Shown: piece by piece, positions 45,995 to 56,220 of the stretch
Layout of the letters: each line of letters starts with the position of its first letter
Numbering within the stretch: position 1 is the stretch's first letter
Assembly: GCA_045561235.1 (NCBI GenBank)
Contig: JBJKYB010000002.1
Span: 18,962-82,961, forward strand
Direction: 5' to 3'
DNA: 64,000 nt
Source of the DNA: Gammaproteobacteria bacterium
Lineage (GTDB): Bacteria > Pseudomonadota > Gammaproteobacteria > Poriferisulfidales > GCA-002705445
Program-made: the position numbers and the translations under genes
The notes under the pieces: generated by a model
Databases searched by the model: none
Told to the model about the DNA's origin: nothing
The model's input: only the letters and a program-made list of their open reading frames with translations

Positions 45995-46690
45995 CTATGT
46001 AAATGAAGCCTGATCTAACTCTAGACTTGGCCCCATAGAAGAAGATATTGATATCTTCTTTAAATATTTTCCCTTTGCAGAAGAAGGCTTCGCCTTAACT
46101 ATTTCTGCAATTAAAGCTCTCAAATTTTCAACTAACATTTCCTCTGTGAATTCTACCTTGCCTATGGAGCAATGTACAATACCACCTTTATCTGTTCTAA
46201 ACTGAACTTGTCCAGATTTTGCATTTTTAACAGCTTTTTCAACATCTTTAGAAACTGTTCCCACTTTAGGATTTGGCATAAGGCCTTTTGGCCCCAATAT
46301 CTGCCCTAATGGGCTAACTATTCTCATTGTGTCTGGAGTTGCTATAACTACATCATAATCAAAATCGCCTTTTTTTGCTAAATCGACTAATTCTTCCATG
46401 CCTACCATGTCTGCCCCAGCGGCCTTTGCTTTTTTTGCATCATCCCCATCACAAAAAACAGCAACCTTAACAGATTTTCCAGTACCATTTGGCAATACTA
46501 AAGAACCTCTGATATTCTGGTCCGATTTTTTTGTATCTATACCTAAATTTATACTAACATCTAAAGATTCTACAAATTTGACAGAGGATTTACCTTTAAG
46601 TATTTTTATAGCATCCAAATCCTGATAAACTTTATCTAAATCTAAATCTTTGTAGCATTCTTTCATTCTTTTTGTTTTTAACTGATTCAT
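45995..46690 (-). CDS. rplA: 50S ribosomal protein L1
   Basis: 231 aa. Confidence 0.95.
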   Translation of the reverse strand: MNQLKTKRMKECYKDLDLDKVYQDLDAIKILKGKSSVKFVESLDVSINLGIDTKKSDQNIRGSLVLPNGTGKSVKVAVFCDGDDAKKAKAAGADMVGMEELVDLAKKGDFDYDVVIATPDTMRIVSPLGQILGPKGLMPNPKVGTVSKDVEKAVKNAKSGQVQFRTDKGGIVHCSIGKVEFTEEMLVENLRALIAEIVKAKPSSAKGKYLKKISISSSMGPSLELDQASFT

Positions 46691-46708
46691 ACAAATAAGT
46701 CTCGTTAA

Positions 46709-47149
46709 TTATTTTTCAACAGTGATACCCATACTTCTTGCGCTTCCAGATATAATTTTTACAGCTGCTTCCAGCGTATTTGCATTTAGATCTTCCATTT
46801 TTGCTTTAGCAATATCTTCAACCTGTTGCAAAGTTACTGAACCAACTTTTACAGAATTAGGTGTTCCGCTTCCTTTTTCAATCCCAGCGGCCTTACGCAA
46901 TAAAATTGCAGCAGGAGTAGTTTTTATAACAAAATCAAAACTTTTATCATTATAGACGGATATAATTACAGGGACTTTTAGACCTTTTTCAATTTTTTCT
47001 GTCTTACCATTAAATGATTTACAAAATTCTTGTATGTTTAAGCCGTGCTGGCCTAGCGCAGGTCCAACAGGCGGACTTGGATTAGCTTCGCCAGCTGGGA
47101 TTTGCAGTTTAATATATGCTTCTATTTCTTTTTTTCCTTTCTTTGCCAT
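46709..47149 (-). CDS. rplK: 50S ribosomal protein L11
   Basis: 146 aa. Confidence 0.95.
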   Translation of the reverse strand: MAKKGKKEIEAYIKLQIPAGEANPSPPVGPALGQHGLNIQEFCKSFNGKTEKIEKGLKVPVIISVYNDKSFDFVIKTTPAAILLRKAAGIEKGSGTPNSVKVGSVTLQQVEDIAKAKMEDLNANTLEAAVKIISGSARSMGITVEK

Positions 47150-47153
47150 TTTA

Positions 47154-47702
47154 CTATCCTTTTTCTACCTGTCCGAATTCTAACTCAACTGGAGTAGATC
47201 TGCCAAATATTTGAACCGCTACCTGCATTCTACTTTTTTCGTAATCAACTTCTTCAACAACACCATTGAAATCATTAAACGGTCCATCTATAACTCTTAC
47301 TACTTCACCAGGTTCAAATAATACTTTATGCTTGGGTTTTTCTACACCTTCTTGAATTCTATTCATAATATTGTGAGCTTCTCCGTCGGTAATTGGAGCA
47401 GGTTTATCAGATGATCCTCCAATGAATCCCATAACTTTTGGCGACTTTTTAACTAAATGCCATGTTTCATCGTTCATTTCCATTTGAACCAAAACATAAC
47501 CTGGGAAAAATTTTCTTTCACTCTTATGTTTTTGTCCATCCTTCATTTCAACAACTTCTTCTGTTGGAACTAAAATCTTCCCAAACTTATCACTCATTCC
47601 GTGCATCTCAATTCTTTCTAATAAAGATTTTTTTACTTGATTCTCATATCCAGAGTAAGCATGTATTACAAACCATTTTAACGACATATTCTCAACCACC
47701 AT
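47154..47702 (-). CDS. nusG: transcription termination/antitermination factor NusG
   Basis: 182 aa; NGN plus KOW (WFV.H..SG.E..V); the start could be the internal Met at about 47687. Confidence 0.93.
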   Translation of the reverse strand: MVVENMSLKWFVIHAYSGYENQVKKSLLERIEMHGMSDKFGKILVPTEEVVEMKDGQKHKSERKFFPGYVLVQMEMNDETWHLVKKSPKVMGFIGGSSDKPAPITDGEAHNIMNRIQEGVEKPKHKVLFEPGEVVRVIDGPFNDFNGVVEEVDYEKSRMQVAVQIFGRSTPVELEFGQVEKG

Positions 47703-47716
47703 GAACTAACATTATT

Positions 47717-48088
47717 TTATGCTAGTAATAATTTAATCCCCGCTCCAAGCAGCTTATCTAGTAACCATAAAAGTACAGACATAATAATAACGACAATAAA
47801 GACTATGATTGTTGTTTGTATTACTTCTGTTTTAGTTGACCAAATAACTTTCTTTAATTCAACTCTTGCATCATGTGTAAAGATTCTTAATGCTTTAACT
47901 TTTTCAGTATTAAAAAGTATTAAAATATCTAAAAGTACTACACCAATTAAACCTAAAACCCTATATATAAACGGATATTGATCAAAATAATAGAATGCAA
48001 ATAAGGCTGATGCAAATATTACTATAGATAATATCCATTTTACTAAATCATTTTTATTTGTGTCTATATCCAATTTGTTAGTAACCAT
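47717..48088 (-). CDS. secE: preprotein translocase subunit SecE
   Basis: The track ORF (to 48127) reads through tRNA-Trp (MGVRVPPGLPE is the tRNA in reverse). The real start is MVTNKLDID at about 48088 (123 aa). It has a single C-terminal TM with SecE signature. Confidence 0.85.
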   Translation of the reverse strand: MVTNKLDIDTNKNDLVKWILSIVIFASALFAFYYFDQYPFIYRVLGLIGVVLLDILILFNTEKVKALRIFTHDARVELKKVIWSTKTEVIQTTIIVFIVVIIMSVLLWLLDKLLGAGIKLLLA

Positions 48089-48097
48089 AATCTTTTC

Positions 48098-48173
48098 TGG
48101 CAGGCCAGGAGGGACTCGAACCCCCAACCTCCGGTTTTGGAGACCGATGCTCTACCAATTGAGCCACTGGCCT
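48098..48173 (-). tRNA. trpT: tRNA-Trp (anticodon CCA)
   Basis: Hand-folded cloverleaf: AGGCCAG acceptor, anticodon loop CUCCAAA, TPsiC arm GGGGTTCGAGTCCCTC, 3' CCA encoded. It lies 9 nt upstream of secE. Confidence 0.9.
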
Positions 48174-48175
48174 AT

Positions 48176-48216
48176 ATTTAAAAAACCAAAAAAGCGGGTA
48201 GAAAATCAACCCGCTT
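48176..48216 (-). terminator. rho-independent terminator downstream of tuf
   Basis: Minus-strand transcript forms AGCGGGU-UGAUUUUCU-ACCCGCU (7-bp GC-rich stem) followed by UUUUUUGGUUUUUU. Confidence 0.6.
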
Positions 48217-48239
48217 AATTTCTTTATTGTCAAAAAATA

Positions 48240-49430
48240 TTATTCAATAATTTTTGAAACAACTCCAGCACCAACTGTCCTTCCACCTTCACGTATTGCG
48301 AATTTTAGTCCTTGCTCCATTGCCACTGGCGCAATTAACTCAACAGTCATACTAACATTATCTCCAGGCATTACCATTTCTGTTCCAGAGGGAAGTGTTG
48401 CTGCACCTGTGACATCAGTTGTTCTAAAATAAAATTGAGGTCTATATCCATTAAAAAATGGAGTATGTCTTCCACCTTCATCCTTCGATAAAATATAAAC
48501 TTCACACTCATATTTTGTATGAGGTTTAATAGATCCTGGTTTACATAAAACTTGTCCTCTTTCTACTTCTTCTCTTTTTGTTCCTCTAAGAAGCACACCA
48601 ACATTGTCTCCGGCTTCACCTTGGTCAAGAAGCTTTCTAAACATCTCAACTCCAGTACATACAGATTTTTGTGTATCTTTAATTCCGCATATTTCAATTT
48701 CATCGTTTACGTTAATTATGCCTCTTTCGACTCTTCCTGTAACAACCGTACCCCTTCCTGAAATAGAAAAAACATCTTCAACTGGCATTAAGAAGTCACC
48801 GTCAGTAGCTCTCTCTGGCTGTGGAAAAAAGTCATCCATAGCTGCAACTATTTTTTCGATTGATGGTGCGCCAATATCAGATGTATCTCCTTCAAGTGCT
48901 TTCAATGCAGAACCACTTACAAAAGGAATATTATCACCATCGAACTCATAAGATGTTAATAATTCTCTAATTTCCATTTCTACTAACTCAGTTAATTCAG
49001 CGTCATCAACTTGATCAGCTTTGTTTAAATAAACAACAATATTTGGGACCCCAACTTGACGAGCTAAAAGAATATGCTCTTTTGTTTGAGGCATTGCTCC
49101 ATCCGCAGCACTTACCACTAAGATTGCTCCATCCATTTGCGCAGCACCCGTAATCATATTTTTTACGTAGTCAGCGTGTCCTGGGCAATCAACATGTGCG
49201 TAATGACGATTATCAGATTCGTATTCAACATGAGCAGTCGCTATAGTAATACCTCTTTCTCTTTCTTCAGGAGCATTATCAATATCACCATAATCCTTAA
49301 ATTCACCACCCATTTTTTCTGCCATAACTTTTGTAATAGCAGCAGTTAATGTAGTCTTTCCATGGTCAACATGACCAATTGTTCCCACATTCATATGTGG
49401 TTTATTTCTTTCAAATTTTGCTTTTGACAT
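48240..49430 (-). CDS. tuf: elongation factor Tu
   Basis: 396 aa; [21 protein letters not shown]; the only tuf copy in the window. Confidence 0.98.
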   Translation of the reverse strand: MSKAKFERNKPHMNVGTIGHVDHGKTTLTAAITKVMAEKMGGEFKDYGDIDNAPEERERGITIATAHVEYESDNRHYAHVDCPGHADYVKNMITGAAQMDGAILVVSAADGAMPQTKEHILLARQVGVPNIVVYLNKADQVDDAELTELVEMEIRELLTSYEFDGDNIPFVSGSALKALEGDTSDIGAPSIEKIVAAMDDFFPQPERATDGDFLMPVEDVFSISGRGTVVTGRVERGIINVNDEIEICGIKDTQKSVCTGVEMFRKLLDQGEAGDNVGVLLRGTKREEVERGQVLCKPGSIKPHTKYECEVYILSKDEGGRHTPFFNGYRPQFYFRTTDVTGAATLPSGTEMVMPGDNVSMTVELIAPVAMEQGLKFAIREGGRTVGAGVVSKIIE

Positions 49431-49467
49431 CTCTATCGCCCTCCGCGGCCTATAGTATTTTTATTCA

Positions 49468-49543
<76 letters not shown>

Positions 49544-49595
49544 GTGATTGTATACTGTTTTTAACAGGATTGCTCTAAATTTTTGCTAATTTTAT

Positions 49596-49669
<74 letters not shown>

Positions 49670-49780
49670 ATTAAAAAATTAGCTTAAAAATCACACAAAA
49701 CCCTAATAAAACAGCAAATTAAACCCAAATATCTCATAATTTTAATATTTTAACAGACATATTAAAATTATAGTAATTAA

Positions 49781-49865
49781 TGGTGGAGGGGGGAGGATTC
49801 GAACCTCCGAAGGCATAGCCAGCAGATTTACAGTCTGCCCTCGTTGACCGCTTGAGTACCCCTCC
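49781..49865 (-). tRNA. tyrU: tRNA-Tyr (anticodon GUA)
   Basis: 85 nt with long variable arm, anticodon loop CUGUAAA, 3' CCA encoded. The ORF 49742..49942 is an artefact overlapping it. Confidence 0.9.
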
Positions 49866-50007
49866 GTCAAGGCAAGAATTTTGAAGTACAGGTTGATAGT
49901 AGTCAACAAAAATATTGCTAAAACTTTTAAAATATCAATCAATTGTGTTTAAGCACTCTTGAAAAGCTAGTTTTGGAATTATGTATTAATATGCTAGGAT
50001 AATTTGT

Positions 50008-50406
50008 ATGAGCGATAATATGTTTACTAATGCTTCAAAATATTTCGATGTAGTTGAGAAAATAATACTGGTTATATTGTTATTTGCGACACTTACAGCA
50101 ATAGGTCAGGAAATCTCAAAAGTTATAGCTCTAGGCAAAGTAAATCTTGCTGACATTCTATTATTGTTTATTTTTCTTGAAGTCATTGGGATGATTAAAG
50201 AATATTACGTAACAAATAGAATAGCAATTTCACATCCAATCTTTATTGCAATTACAGCTTTAGCACGATTAATTATTTTACAACGAAAAGATTTTGATCC
50301 AGTAATCTTAATATATGAATCAGGTGCTATTTTAATACTTGCTTTAGCAATACTCGCTTTAAGGGCTAGAAAAAACGCTTTCTTTAGACCAGATAGACCA
50401 GATTAA
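50008..50406 (+). CDS. psiE: PsiE-family inner-membrane protein (phosphate-starvation-inducible protein E-like)
   Basis: 132 aa, 4 TM. Colinear similarity to E. coli PsiE (ADVLF../ADILLLF..; [34 protein letters not shown] vs HPIFIAITALARLIILQRKDFDPVILIYESGAILIL). Confidence 0.7.
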   Translation: MSDNMFTNASKYFDVVEKIILVILLFATLTAIGQEISKVIALGKVNLADILLLFIFLEVIGMIKEYYVTNRIAISHPIFIAITALARLIILQRKDFDPVILIYESGAILILALAILALRARKNAFFRPDRPD

Positions 50407-50445
50407 AAAGATATTGATTTTTTTCTAAAAAAAATAATTTAAAAG

Positions 50446-50919
50446 TTAATAATATCTATTTGGTAATGAGGAGTGGTGCATAACGATTTTCAAATCACCA
50501 TTTGACAGTCTTTTATAGACCCAGCTTTTATCTACTTTTACAATATCGCCGTTCTTGTTACTTAAAGTCACCCATCCCATCCATATTGCAATATCATTTT
50601 CTATAAAGATATCTGAAGTTTTGGAGTCAAATTTACTCCACGAGTTAATTCCAAAGCCATTATCCATTGGATATTTTGAATTATTTCCAACGAAATAAGA
50701 TAGAGCTCCCTCCAAACTCGAGCGAAATGTTTGACTACTCCCACTCATGGTCGGTTTAAATAAAATTGGACCGAGTTCAAAAGCATATAATTCCTGTAAA
50801 ATTTTCTTTGCAATTATAGTAGCTTCTTCAATACCTTTTTCATCATAAGTCTTAGAAATTAAAATTAAGCCATCGCCCCAAGCATTGCGTGCTTTATTCA
50901 TATCTTTTTTATTAATCAT
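50446..50919 (-). CDS. hypothetical protein, possibly NTF2-like (SnoaL/DUF4440-type) fold
   Basis: 157 aa soluble protein ending in a ...HHSS-like motif; no catalytic motif recognised. It is co-oriented 96 bp downstream of fprA. Confidence 0.3.
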   Translation of the reverse strand: MINKKDMNKARNAWGDGLILISKTYDEKGIEEATIIAKKILQELYAFELGPILFKPTMSGSSQTFRSSLEGALSYFVGNNSKYPMDNGFGINSWSKFDSKTSDIFIENDIAIWMGWVTLSNKNGDIVKVDKSWVYKRLSNGDLKIVMHHSSLPNRYY

Positions 50920-51015
50920 TATGCAATTACTCTTCTATTATTTTGTAGCTTTGCTTAGCTATATTAAATCTGTGAGACATTTTCATAAAAAGTTTTTGCA
51001 TGTTTTGAGATATTT

Positions 51016-52437
51016 TTAAGTTAGTAGACCAAGCATTTCTTCAGTATATGTAAACTTCTCTCTTGGCTTACCTTTTGGTTTTCCATTTTCAACTTCATGT
51101 TTATCAATAACTTCCCATTCAATAAAATTGATGTATCTTACTTTTTTTGCATTAAGAATTTCGTGTATTTTTTTACTACCAAGCTTTTCTTTTTTATCAT
51201 CTAATTTTTCTAAATCTGTCATAAGTTCTTCAATAGTTTCATTCGCGCAGGCTTTGTTCGTTCCAATAATTCCACTTGGGCCCCTTTTGATCCATCCAGC
51301 TGTATAAAGTTGTGGAACGACAACCTTAGTTTCATGATCTTCGGTAACCCTTCCTTTTTCATTTGGAATAACGCCCCAAGCATCATGAAAAGGTACTCCT
51401 TCTAAAGCTACTCCTCTATAACCAATACTTCTAAATAAAACGCCCGCCTTTAGTTCTTCAAATTCGCCAGTACCTCTTGCCGACTGTTTAAATGGCTCGC
51501 CTGATAGAGCGTTCTTTTCAAAAACAACTGTTTCTAACTTTTTTTTACCTTTTAACTCTACAGGACTTCTCAAAAATTGTATGTGACATTTACGAGGTTT
51601 CACATATGGTTTTGTCCATGGAAAACTTCTTGCCTTATGAGGACTTTTAGGCTCAGCATAACTTGCAAACAATTCGTATATTTTTTTTGCTGATCTACCT
51701 TTTCTATCAGCTAGTTCCTCTTCACTAGATTTATTTAAAATTGCTTCATCAGGATCAACAAAAGTATCACATTCTTGTAACTCACCAAATTCTTTCAGTT
51801 CTTTCGAAGTCATTGCCCCTTGTGCGGGACCTCTTCTTCCAACAATAAATATATTCTTTACTTTACTTGTTTCTAAAACATCAAGCGCATGTTGTGAAAT
51901 GTCAGTATATTTTAATTCATCAACTGTCTTTGAAAGTATTCTGGCAACATCAGCAGCAACATTACCTTGACCAATAATTACAGCATTTTCATGAGATAGA
52001 TCGAATTCCCTATCTCTATATTCTGGATGTCCGTTATACCATGCAACAAATTCCGTAGCTGTATGACTTCCTTTTAAATCCTCACCAGGTATGCCAAGTT
52101 TTCTATCAGTTTCCGCGCCCATAGTTATAATGACAGCATGGTGAGTTTCTTTTAGAGCATCTACAGTTATATCTTTACCAACACTTACATTTCCAAAGTA
52201 ATTAAATTCTTCGGGTTCTGCCATTACTGCAAATTTCTCAATACTTTTTTTAATTAAAGCATGATCAGGTGCAACTCCGGTTCTCACTAGCCCATAGGGC
52301 GCGCATAACTTTTCAAGTAAATTGACTTCTACTTTTAATTCCGAATTAATTAAAGCATCTGCCGCATAAAATCCGCTTGGGCCAGCACCAACAATTGCAA
52401 CTTTCAAGGGATTATCTGAACTTCCTAATTTGCTCAT
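51016..52437 (-). CDS. fprA: FprA/adrenodoxin-reductase-type NADPH:ferredoxin oxidoreductase (glutamate synthase small-subunit-like FAD/NAD(P) fold)
   Basis: 473 aa. The N-terminal FAD dinucleotide motif VAIVGAGPSGFYAA and a second NADP Rossmann motif (VIIGQGNVAADVARIL) give the architecture of Mycobacterium FprA / adrenodoxin reductase. It starts 21 bp after fdxA. Confidence 0.8.
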   Translation of the reverse strand: MSKLGSSDNPLKVAIVGAGPSGFYAADALINSELKVEVNLLEKLCAPYGLVRTGVAPDHALIKKSIEKFAVMAEPEEFNYFGNVSVGKDITVDALKETHHAVIITMGAETDRKLGIPGEDLKGSHTATEFVAWYNGHPEYRDREFDLSHENAVIIGQGNVAADVARILSKTVDELKYTDISQHALDVLETSKVKNIFIVGRRGPAQGAMTSKELKEFGELQECDTFVDPDEAILNKSSEEELADRKGRSAKKIYELFASYAEPKSPHKARSFPWTKPYVKPRKCHIQFLRSPVELKGKKKLETVVFEKNALSGEPFKQSARGTGEFEELKAGVLFRSIGYRGVALEGVPFHDAWGVIPNEKGRVTEDHETKVVVPQLYTAGWIKRGPSGIIGTNKACANETIEELMTDLEKLDDKKEKLGSKKIHEILNAKKVRYINFIEWEVIDKHEVENGKPKGKPREKFTYTEEMLGLLT

Positions 52438-52458
52438 TTTTTCACTCTTTATAAAAAA

Positions 52459-52764
52459 TTATAAACCTAATGCTTCTCTTTTGTCTTCTGCACCTTCAAG
52501 AGGTTCAAGAGTTTCAGTAATGTTTGGAGTTTCTTGCGATCTTTCTTCATTTATATCTACCCAATGTTCTTGACCATCAGGAAGATCATCCTCTTCAAAG
52601 ATTGCTTCTACTGGACATTCCGGAACACACGCGCTGCAATCAATACATACATCTGGATTTATATATAACATTTCGTCATCAACGTGAAATGCTTCAACAG
52701 GACAAACCGAAACACAATCGGTAAATCTACATCCTCTACAATTATCTGTCACTACTGTTGTCAT
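52459..52764 (-). CDS. fdxA: 7Fe ferredoxin ([3Fe-4S][4Fe-4S], Azotobacter FdI type)
   Basis: 101 aa; MTTVVTDNCRGCRFTDCVSVCPVEAFH...CIDCSACVPECPVEAIF, near-colinear with A. vinelandii FdI. Confidence 0.93.
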   Translation of the reverse strand: MTTVVTDNCRGCRFTDCVSVCPVEAFHVDDEMLYINPDVCIDCSACVPECPVEAIFEEDDLPDGQEHWVDINEERSQETPNITETLEPLEGAEDKREALGL

Positions 52765-52802
52765 AAAATAAATACTCCTAAAAACTTTACTTAATTATAT
52801 AC

Positions 52803-53609
52803 CTACGCAGAATAAACTAAAAGTTCTCCGCGATTCATTTCAATAGCATCTCCACTCCACCTATGGAATGAACCATTGATAATTTTATCCTCAATATTAA
52901 TTTTTGTATTTTCTTTTAAATACTTAAAGAAAATTTTTAAATATGTTGGGTTATATAAACAATCATATGAAAAAGTTGGTAATATTTCTAAATTGTCTAT
53001 ACATATAATAGAACCCCTTTTCATTCCTGCTCCAGTTCTGATACCCATTTCACCAAATATTAAAATGGTACCTGATACCATATTAACGCCCGCAAAATCT
53101 CCACAATTTCCACCAACTACCATAGTAGCGCCTGCCATAGCATGACCTAATTCATTTTTGACATTACCCTCAATAATAATTTCTCCCCCGGAAACACCTT
53201 TTGACGCACCTCTATATGCACTTGCAACGCAATGTCCAGCGTTTCCAGAAATATGAATTCTTCCCCCTGACATTTCTGGTGCAATCCAATCACCAGCATT
53301 ACCATTTACGTTTATAGATCCACCAGACATTGCTGAGCCTAAATGGGCACCCACATCTCCTTCGATATGCATCTCCCCTTCAGACATATTTGCTCCCAAA
53401 TATTTTATTCGGTTCATGTCTCCTTCGACTTGCAATAAATCTAATTTACTCTTTGAGACAGAAAAGAAATCAGCTATATTCACTTCTCTATTACCATGAA
53501 AAATTTTAGTTTTTTCAATTTCTTTTGCCTTTAAATTATTAATAACTCCAGGAGTTATACTCTCAGCTTCTAAAGGAACATCTGGTTTTGTGTGTAATTT
53601 TAATTTCAT
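52803..53609 (-). CDS. fhcC: formylmethanofuran dehydrogenase subunit C-like protein (FwdC/FhcC; GltB C-terminal GXGXG beta-helix domain)
   Basis: 268 aa of repeated G.GNAG.....M.GG.I.I.G motifs, typical of FwdC and glutamate synthase alpha-subunit domain 4. Confidence 0.85.
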   Translation of the reverse strand: MKLKLHTKPDVPLEAESITPGVINNLKAKEIEKTKIFHGNREVNIADFFSVSKSKLDLLQVEGDMNRIKYLGANMSEGEMHIEGDVGAHLGSAMSGGSINVNGNAGDWIAPEMSGGRIHISGNAGHCVASAYRGASKGVSGGEIIIEGNVKNELGHAMAGATMVVGGNCGDFAGVNMVSGTILIFGEMGIRTGAGMKRGSIICIDNLEILPTFSYDCLYNPTYLKIFFKYLKENTKINIEDKIINGSFHRWSGDAIEMNRGELLVYSA

Positions 53610-53623
53610 CGTACTAGTTTGAT

Positions 53624-54538
53624 TTAATCTACTAAATCCTTTAAATAAAATTTATATTTACCAAGTTTTCCGCCAAAATTTCCAGCAGTTATTTGAATAA
53701 CTCCTTCTTTGGCTGCAGCATGCATTCCTACTTTCATAGCTTTTGCAACTGCATTCTCATCTGCACCGTCTACGACAATTTCGTAACAAGTATGAACGCT
53801 TTCAGGCACAGCCGAATCTTTAACTACTCCTTTTAAAGTAGGACAATAAATATGGTTTGTCGAGGCAACTAGATCTTTGTATTTTGACCCAACTTTACTA
53901 CCACTTCTAACTACTCCTTTAGGAAATGGCATTATAACATTTTCAACTCTCTTCATAACTTTTACAGCATCGTAACAAGCATCTAGACATTCTTTTACAT
54001 TATCACCAAGAATATAAAAATTTCCACCGCCAACAGATTCTCTTACACCAAAGTTTTCGTGTATTATAAATTCTCCGTCAAAAACTGGAATTCTCCAGTA
54101 TCTTTTATTTTGAATTTTTTTCCCTATTTGATGACCATCACCAAAGTATCTTAATGCTCCACCAACATTTACAGTGTCTTCTGAATCGTAACCACTAAAA
54201 CATGCCGTTGTTGGACATGTCATTACACATTGTCCTATTCTTTCAATTAATCTTTTACCAAGACTCGCTTTATCCATTGTAAAAACTAAAATACTATAAC
54301 CTGGTCTGCCATCAGGGGTTTCCTCGGGAGTAAGCTTCATATCGATACCTGCTTCGCATTTGCAACCTATTACAGAAGTTGCCATTCCAGTCATGGCTCT
54401 TGCAGCACCTTCAGCCCAATAATCATTTTCTGCAGTGATAATTACTTTTGCCGACCACATTGAAAAAGCTTCTGCATATGTATCAACAATTTCTGTATTA
54501 TTAATTTTCATAAATGCTGTTCTTTTTCCTTGTTTCAA
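53624..54538 (-). CDS. fhcD: formylmethanofuran--tetrahydromethanopterin N-formyltransferase (Ftr/FhcD)
   Basis: The N-terminus ...MKINNTEIVDTYAEAFSMWSAKVIITAENDYWAEGAARAMTGMATSVIGCKCEAGID is colinear with archaeal Ftr (MEINGVEIEDTFAEAF...). The likely true start is the Met at about 54511 (295 aa), which avoids a 38-bp overlap with fhcA. Confidence 0.85.
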   Translation of the reverse strand: MKQGKRTAFMKINNTEIVDTYAEAFSMWSAKVIITAENDYWAEGAARAMTGMATSVIGCKCEAGIDMKLTPEETPDGRPGYSILVFTMDKASLGKRLIERIGQCVMTCPTTACFSGYDSEDTVNVGGALRYFGDGHQIGKKIQNKRYWRIPVFDGEFIIHENFGVRESVGGGNFYILGDNVKECLDACYDAVKVMKRVENVIMPFPKGVVRSGSKVGSKYKDLVASTNHIYCPTLKGVVKDSAVPESVHTCYEIVVDGADENAVAKAMKVGMHAAAKEGVIQITAGNFGGKLGKYKFYLKDLVD

Positions 54539-56168
54539 TTACTTTACCTGTGCCATGTAAATATTCATCCTGAACTGCATAATTACTATAGGAAACAGAA
54601 TAAAAATCATCAAAGAAAGGTTTTATAACTTTTTCTATTTCTCTATCAAAATCAGGTGCCACTCGTAAAACTTTTTTGTCAGTATAGTCACTGACAAATT
54701 CATGATCAGCGATCAACAATTGCCCAGCCTTCATAACGTATCTTGGAGCATTAAACATTTCTTCTTTATCCTCAAGCATGTCATATATTGTTATGTCTGC
54801 GTCCGCACCAACACCTAGATGACCTTTATCTTTTAATCCTAAACACTTTGCAGGGCCTGCCCTTGTAATGATACAAATTTCATTTAATGTATATTCCCTT
54901 TTCAACTCTCCCAAAATCGTACTATTCATTGCTTTTTGATTAACACTTTTCATTGCTACTTTTCTAAATTCATAATCCATTAATAATTTAATTACCAATG
55001 GATAATTTGCAAAAGAACCGCCATTTGGATGATCGGTAGACAAAACTATTCTCCAAGGATCTTTTGATAACAAGAATATTTCTAAACCAATAGCCCATTG
55101 AAGTGCATGAGTGTAAATCATACCCTGGTAATCGAAAGGTAAAATTCCACAGCCACTCTCACATTCAGTATCAGCATTCACCCATTTTTCTTTTTTATAA
55201 CCTCTGAGTAAATATGTTAAAGGCGCGTCAGCAGTCATAAACATTGCTTTACCAAACATTACTTGCCCAACATCGCAGGTTATATTTTGGTGGTCGTTTA
55301 CATAATCAGTAATTTCTTTTGAGGCTGATTTTGGTGGCTTGCCAAGTTCACCCGCGTAACTATTGAATTGAATATGAGCAACATGCAGTCTTCTATCCCC
55401 AGCAGTCTTCATACTTTCTAAGGTTGTATCAAAGTTTCCACTATGACCAAGATTATTACAATGAATATGCGGAGGATGAGGTAATCCTAGCTCATGTACA
55501 GCATCAATAAATGCTTCGATCACTTTTCTTGGTGCAATATCTGTCGCCTTACTATCTTCGTCGATATCTTTTACATTCAGATTTTTGTGACCTTTCCAGG
55601 GTTCATCTCCTCCTGGATTTACTAATTTCACAGTGTACGCTTTTGTTGCATTTAACCACCATGCAACTGCCTCTTTGAACTCAGCAAAACGCCCCTCTGC
55701 AATTAAACTTTGTAAAAAAAGATTATTTCCAAGTAAAACATAAAAACCGTTGTCAATGATTGGCGTGTCGTACATTTCTTCCAGCGCATGCCTTGCAGTC
55801 AATGGCGGGACAGCTGCTTCCATTGCAGTTGTGTATCCTAAAGTTGCATATCTATATCCAGTTGCGAAAGTTGAAGGAACAATTCCTCCAGTACCAGATT
55901 GTGTGTATGGGGTTTTAAAGTGCGGATCTAATCTATGATCCTCGGGCATTAATTTTCTTGCTAGATTAACTTTTGGTCCAGTAATATGACAATGAATATC
56001 TACACCGCCAGGCATAACTGCCATTCCTTTTGCATCGATAACCTTTGCCGCTTTGGAAACCTTTGAGACAATTTTTCCATCCTTTACGAGGATGTCACAA
56101 ACTTTTCCTTCGATTTCATTTGTAGGATCAAAAACTATGCCGTTTATGATACGAAATTCATTACTCAT
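54501..56168 (-). CDS. fhcA: formylmethanofuran dehydrogenase subunit A-like metal-dependent amidohydrolase (FwdA/FhcA)
   Basis: 555 aa amidohydrolase-superfamily protein (GGVDIHCH metal-binding motif near the N-terminus) with FwdA length and operon context. Confidence 0.85.
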   Translation of the reverse strand: MSNEFRIINGIVFDPTNEIEGKVCDILVKDGKIVSKVSKAAKVIDAKGMAVMPGGVDIHCHITGPKVNLARKLMPEDHRLDPHFKTPYTQSGTGGIVPSTFATGYRYATLGYTTAMEAAVPPLTARHALEEMYDTPIIDNGFYVLLGNNLFLQSLIAEGRFAEFKEAVAWWLNATKAYTVKLVNPGGDEPWKGHKNLNVKDIDEDSKATDIAPRKVIEAFIDAVHELGLPHPPHIHCNNLGHSGNFDTTLESMKTAGDRRLHVAHIQFNSYAGELGKPPKSASKEITDYVNDHQNITCDVGQVMFGKAMFMTADAPLTYLLRGYKKEKWVNADTECESGCGILPFDYQGMIYTHALQWAIGLEIFLLSKDPWRIVLSTDHPNGGSFANYPLVIKLLMDYEFRKVAMKSVNQKAMNSTILGELKREYTLNEICIITRAGPAKCLGLKDKGHLGVGADADITIYDMLEDKEEMFNAPRYVMKAGQLLIADHEFVSDYTDKKVLRVAPDFDREIEKVIKPFFDDFYSVSYSNYAVQDEYLHGTGKVIETRKKNSIYEN

Positions 56169-56220
56169 AATTAATTCAAACCTTTTTTAATTTTTATATT
56201 TATTAATTAGCTCAATGTAC

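Noticed and set aside
48089-48127. N-terminal 13 codons of the six-frame secE ORF (MGVRVPPGLPEKI)
   Set aside because: This segment is the reverse reading of tRNA-Trp; real secE starts at the next Met.
49742-49942. 66-aa minus-strand ORF
   Set aside because: It overlaps tRNA-Tyr (49781..49865); the ORF is a translation of the tRNA region.
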